A DNA stretch of 63,384 nucleotides, filler included, from Lenisia limosa (taxonomy: Eukaryota > Protista > Breviatea): assembly GCA_001655205.1 (NCBI GenBank). It is 11 parts of 11 records of this genome, joined end to end, with 100 filler letters (N's around TTAATTAATTAA, not from the genome) between each part and the next. Parts side by side here need not be neighbours in the genome. Positions count along the whole stretch, not along the records: positions 57,693 to 61,365 come from LPNZ01005998.1; positions 61,466 to 63,384 come from LPNZ01004658.1; 9 more parts are not named here. One strand, 5' to 3'. Position numbers and translations under genes: made by a program. Below the pieces are notes generated by a model. It saw only the letters and a list, made by a program, of their open reading frames with translations, was not told the DNA's origin and ran no database searches. How positions within the stretch are numbered: position 1 is the first letter of the stretch; every line of letters starts with the position of its first letter. Below are positions 57,791 through 63,384 of this stretch, piece after piece.

Positions 57791-60655
57791 GAGTTGTGCT
57801 ATCTGCTAACCTGCAAAACCGGCAGAGAAGCAGAGGTGTTCAGATCATGGGGCCCTTCGGTAACAGATTCAAGGTTGAGGGGGGGGGGGATGGGGGGGAT
57901 TGCTTTGCCGAAAGAATTTAACTGTTGTAAAAATTTAGACATTAGTTTTCAATTTTGTCAATTATTTCCTCAACAAAATTAGTTGCACAGAGTCCTCGTG
58001 TTTTAATATCACTTGTGATCTGATATTTTCCACACAGTGATATACCTCATAAATATCCACTTGTATGATAATTGGCCGATAGATCTCTCAGTGATACTCT
58101 GTGCCTCTCGGAATAAACCATCATGTAGCTTTGTTTACCACTTGTACTTCATATTAAGTGGATGAGTCAACATTTATCATTTCTCATTTTGTAGAATGGA
58201 GCTTTGCAAAAGGGTCGATTCCATTGTAAAAACGTCGACGTCTGCTGCAAGTATGATCTTGGGGGGGACTGTCAAGAAGGTGCTCGTCACATTGTTACAT
58301 GAGGGGTTAGGGAAGACCATTTTTGTACCGAATTTAGTCATGTTTGGTACACAATTTATCATGCTATGATATTGTTTATAAACTGTTTTTTTTTGAAAAA
58401 ATAAAATCCTCCCTATTCATTACCTTCAGATTTTGGAGACTCTCGAATCCCCCCGTCTAGACTGGTCAATCTTCTCCATCAAGCTGTGTCACACCAGGTA
58501 GGCCCCTTAGCAAACAGCTTCTCCTTATCCTCACTTATTATTTCTCGCTTCACTTTGGTCACCGTAAACGAGGATTTATCGAGAAGTATAGTCTTTTATT
58601 CGTACCGAAGTGAAGCTGTACTCAATACCCTTCCTTCATCAACCACCGTTATTCTTCGCAAAATAAAACAGAGAGCTCTTTTGGTTTCTGCTACTTTACT
58701 CTCTAAATAATGAGCAAGTGTTTATCACAGCCATTGTATTTAGTTTTAGTGTTGAACCAAATATTTTAAGACCAAAAGGTCAACTTTTGGAGCTTTTTCT
58801 GATTTCTCACTCAACATAAGCCATCACAATTTCATTTCACAGGTGAATACAGCCCGACAGAAGCCTGGTCATACCCCCATTGTCAAAAGGTGGGGGTTGT
58901 GAGCCAAGGGGGAATGGATAAGAGTTCTTCATATACTAATACGCACAGCAATTAATTCTGGTGTCTCTAATATAATTATATAGATAAATATATTTTGCTC
59001 TAAGGACTGAGGCTTGACTATATCAAAATCCAACCGTTATAGTCTTATTGAAGATGCCTGCTGCCTTGTTGTTCCGAATACGATGGTTGGAGTTATCCCC
59101 ACAACCTCCACTGGGTCCCTGAAAACTGCTATTTTCTTTGGCCAAGACGATAGTCATATTTTGACAGGCCAGAGGTTGGTTTTGTATTCACATTGAAAAA
59201 AAAAAAAAAACGTATTTTCATATGGGTACAAGAAATTATTTTTAAATCGAGTCATTTTTTTTTTTCGTTATCTTTTCCCGGCAAATTCGCTAGGATCAAG
59301 TGTAGTATCTGTTCTATGCGCTGTGACAAGCGCATTCCGGATCCACGGATCCGGTCCTTGTCACGCCATTCTTTGGAATGGTAGTGGAGCTCGTCAGGTG
59401 TCAGCTTGCTGGCTTACCAATGAGCATACCCGGTGTGACTCGAGAGCATGCACCCCTCTCTCAGTCGCCCGCCCACTACTATCATTTTTTACATTTACTA
59501 AAAATAATCTTTTGTACATGCACTCAACTTTTTTAAATAAATTGGTGTCGAGTTATTCATAACTGCAAACCACCGTGCTTTAATCTCATCAGTGACGGAG
59601 TACTGCGGATGTACAACTTAAACGACACAATCTCGACCTTCGGAAAGACCCTCTATTCGCAGTTTGAACAGACCAACTACCCTGACCCCGACCCGGTTGC
59701 CTACCAGGTGTGTGTGTGACATCATACATTTCCTATTTGTATCTTTTTTTGGGGAGTTTCTTCGAGCCTTTTATTTCCTCCCATTCCCCTTTTTTTGGCA
59801 TATTCTGTATTTTTGTCAGACACTATTAACATTCCTCCTTAATTCCCTCAGAAACTGTTGAAACGTCATATCTCCGACGATCCCCCCCTCAAAGAATCAA
59901 GGGTATGAGGGTTGCTGTGCTCTATTGTCAATTGTAAGTTATATAAGACATAACATAGCCTTCTTATTTGCTTCCTCTCTAGCAGAGTTATTCAAAATCA
60001 TTAGTAATAGTTCAGGTATGTTTACATCTTTTTATAAATGATGATGGCTTCGGCCAGATACAACCTTGTTTAATTTCTCCCACACCTAGCATTACTGGAA
60101 TGCATCTTCTTTCGAATGGTAATACCAGACTTTACATTTTAATTTCTCTTCATAACCCAATAACAGGTCTTTGAACCATCCTCCCCATTACCCCAGCCGG
60201 TCCTTCCCCATAAGAACAAAGACGCGCCTTTTGTGCAGCAGATCCATGCTCACAAAAACAGAATATGGGTTTGAGGGGGGGGGGGGGTTATGCAAAGAAN
60301 NNNNNNNNNNNNNNNNNNNNNNNNNNNNNNNNNNNNNNNNNNNNNNNNNNNNNNNNNNNNNNNNNNNNNNNNNNNNNNNNNNNNNNNNNNNNNNNNNAGG
60401 TTACTTTATCCTAGCTCATTGAAATGGAGAATGGGTTTGAGGATTTAACCACTCTTGGAACTAACCTTCGTGTGTGTGTGTGTGTGTTTGTTTGTTTGTC
60501 AGTTAAGTCTGTGGAAGTATTATATATCGGTATCTTACCTCGTGCTGAATCCAAAATGATAAAGCCATTTCAAGAATCTCACCAATGTAGTCGATGTCAG
60601 CTTTTAGCGATGGTGAACATGTGGTCACTGCTGGTGCTGATGGCGAGGCTAAAGT
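57791..60655 (+). CDS. WD40-repeat protein, partial
   Basis: WD-like segments SDGVLRMYNL, FVQQIHAHKNRIW and AFSDGEHVVTAGADGEAK in AG/GT-bounded exons. Confidence 0.6.
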
Positions 60656-60678
60656 GGGGTATATATATATATATAGTG

Positions 60679-61328
60679 TGTGGGTCCTCAAAGCTCCGGA
60701 CAGCATTCAAAATTCACCGAATACATCAAAACTCCCGGACAGCTTGAAGTTGACCCCTTGTATGGGTCAACGGTAGTGTTTACTACAAAACTGGTTCGAC
60801 AGATATATAGAGAAAATGACCTCCCTAACTTTTTTTTTCAATTTTGAGCAAGTGTCACAAATCCGTGAATTTGGTCTCCGGGAGTGGCCCCTTTTGCCTT
60901 TTCACGGGATTTTTTTTTCTAATCTATCCCTCTTTTAGTGCTAAGAAACAAAAATTTGTACCCCTCGGAGTAATTGGTTATGGATTCCCCCTTGCTTTGG
61001 CTATGTAATGGTGAATTTTGAGTGGAAAATGTTCAAAATAGTGTTTTCTACAAGGTCAAACTTTCCCGGATAGTTGCCATTTATTCCTTGAATGTGGCTG
61101 TTATAACGGTTTTGATTGTTAGTAGCAGTTTAGGGGTCTTAAACGGGTAGCCAAGTGACTAAAGTTGGGTTTGAGCCAAGAGTATGTAAAAATCGCATTC
61201 TATCCTGTGATTATGACTGAAATTACTTTCGAAAATAACAAGCAAATGAAGTTTATAGTACTTTTATCGGGAAAATTCAAGCTGTCTGGGAGTTTTGATG
61301 TGTCCGGAGATGTCCGGAGCTTTGACTA
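60679..61328 (+). mobile_element. About 650-bp non-autonomous DNA-transposon-like element, copy 1
   Basis: About 60-bp inverted ends (tcaaagctccggaca..catcaaaactcccggacagcttgaa / ttcaagctgtctgggagttttgatg..tgtccggagctttga); highly similar to 62180-62831. Confidence 0.85.
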
Positions 61329-61465
61329 ATAGAGATATAGTATGTATGTAGGGGGAATAAGTCTGNNNNNNNNNNNNNNNNNNNNNNNNNNNNNNNNNNN
61401 NNNNNNNNNTTAATTAATTAANNNNNNNNNNNNNNNNNNNNNNNNNNNNNNNNNNNNNNNNNNNN

Positions 61466-61731
61466 GTGCACCTGTGCCACCTGCGCTGACACCAAGGAGC
61501 TCGTTGCCAAGTGGAGCCAGGTTGTCGAAAACCATCCCCTGACTGCCCCAGAGGCATTTGCCCCTGTAAGGTCTACACAGTCTCCCACCTCTTCTTCGTT
61601 TCTTCAATTTATGTGGCGCCTAGCCTATATCACTGCCAGGAAACACGGTCTCACTGTGGGTGCGTCCCTTCTACTTTGTGGATGCGCTTACGGCGTTGAA
61701 AAAAAGCACTACAACTTCGAGGCCATCATCT
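61466..61731 (+). CDS. 3' end of an unidentified gene
   Basis: Open frame CTCATCADTKELVAKWSQVVENHPL..AYITARKHGLTVG..HYNFEAII* with biased codon use; splicing is ambiguous. Confidence 0.4.
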
Positions 61732-62179
61732 AGACCTGTGCTACGATTCGGTCTGTTTGTTGTTTTTGAATTGTCAAGGCGAACTGAACTCTCTCTTCAA
61801 GGGTATCGAAGCTACCAATTTCCTTAACAGGCGATCAACAAACCTCAATTTCCTGAGGAGCCAGCTTCCAACTTACCCACAAGTTGGAGTGACCGTTCAT
61901 CTATATCATTTTTAATAACTGTAATTTTTTTTGACAATAAAGATAAATGTATTTAAAAGTTAGATGGAGAATCTTGTGTACAGTAGCGGAACTTACTGAA
62001 ATAGAAACTAAACAATTTCCACTCTAAATCCTGGAGGCTTGCAATCTATCAGCCGACTTCATTTACACGTATCTTATTCGCCTCTGCCTACAAGTTCCAA
62101 TCAATGTCGGGTATTCTGACTCCCGCATCCTTTTTTATAGGAGTACCAGTATTTTTACAACGTCCCTTTATTCTGTATA

Positions 62180-62831
62180 TGTGGGTCCTCAAAGCTCCGG
62201 ACAGCATTCAAAATTCACCGGACACATCAAAACTCCCGGACAGCTTGAAGTTGACCCCTTGTATGGGTCAACGGTAGTGTTTAATACAAAACTGGGTTCG
62301 ACAGATATATAGAGAAAATGACCTCTTAATGTTACCCGCGCAAGTGTCAAAAATCCGTGAATTTGGTCTCCCGGGGGTGGCCCCTTTTGCCTTTTCACGG
62401 GATTTTTTTCGAAATCTTTCCCTCGTTTAGTGTTAAGAAACAAAAATTTGTACCCCTCGGAGTAATTGGTTCTGGATTCCCTCTAGCGTTGGCTATGTAA
62501 TGGTGAATTTTGAGAGAAAAATGTTCAAATTAGTGCTTTCTACAAGGTCAAACTTTCCCGGATAGTTGCCATTTATTCCTTGAATGTGGCCGATTATAAC
62601 GGTTTTGGTTCTTTTTGGCAGTTTAAGGGCCTTAAACGGGTAGCCAAGTGACTTAATTTGGGTTTGAGCCAAGAATATGTAAAAACGGCATTCTATCCTG
62701 TGATTATGACTGAAATTACTTTCGAAAATAATGGGAATATGAAGTTTATAGTACTTGTAAAGGGAAAATTCAAGCTGTCCGGGAGTTTTGATGTGTCCTG
62801 AGATTTTGAATGATGTCCGGAGCTTTGACTA
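62180..62831 (+). mobile_element. About 650-bp non-autonomous DNA-transposon-like element, copy 2
   Basis: Colinear with copy 1 along its whole length, on a different scaffold, with no transposase ORF. Confidence 0.85.
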
Positions 62832-63384
62832 TATATATTAGTTTTAATACTCAACAGCTCCCTCATTCTCCAAGAGCCCTGTGTCATAGTAGTGTTTGGT
62901 TCTGGGCACTTCTGAGTTGTCCCATCCCATAACCGAACCCAGGTAGGTGACAGTAGTTTTTTTTAGGAACCATTGCCTGTTATATACCAAGCAAATAATA
63001 ACACTACAATCCAGGTATTTGACTCGCTGGTGACACAATATCTGAGGTGCAATGGGTTTTGGTACACGTTTGTACTGGGGAAGTTGATTCGGTCCTCTCC
63101 AAGAACATTCACCCAAGTAATTCAGTAGTTATCATATGGATTAGAACACTGTCAGAAGAAACAATTATTCTCTGAGCTAGTTGAGTAATGTCTCATGGTT
63201 GTGGTAGTTTCAAGAAGAAAGATGCGGGAGGATGGTTGGATGGTTTTAAAAGTTACACATTTGACACGGGATCGAAGCGATGCCCAGGTAGAACAAAGGG
63301 GGAAAAAGCACAAAGGCAAACGCCATAAAATAGAAGTAATTAATTCATTTTGTGTGGAATTCATCACATAATTTGTGAATATTC

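Noticed and set aside
62880-63384. Possible exons at the window end
   Set aside because: Open segments exist on both strands, and neither strand nor product can be supported.

Overview
Eukaryotic (protist-like) nuclear DNA, AT-rich, standard genetic code, very intron-rich. The lineage cannot be fixed from this window. It is not one locus: 11 short scaffolds are joined by artificial 100-nt linkers (44N-TTAATTAATTAA-44N), so many genes are truncated. Genes assembled by eye across GT-AG introns: PRMT5, an axonemal-type dynein heavy chain AAA3 fragment, a DEP+PH protein, Derlin-2/3, a cathepsin-L-like protease, an LRR protein, SBDS, NLE1 (5' end), a ZNF706/At2g23090-type Zn-finger protein, SNAPC1/SNAP43, an FSIP1-like protein, a secreted fibrinogen-like-motif protein, GNL2/NOG2 (3' end), a WD40 protein and several uncharacterised genes. 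No tRNA, rRNA or CRISPR array was found. The most unusual signal is the intron architecture. A ~150-nt repeat family ('D') sits in the sense orientation just upstream of the 3' splice site in at least 13 introns of unrelated genes and often supplies the terminal C-run and AG, suggesting an Introner-like acceptor cassette. Many introns also open with GT+G-run and close with C-run+AG, which could pair the two ends. Introns carry three further repeat families: a hAT-like MITE, a Tc1/mariner-like MITE and a UUCG-hairpin repeat.
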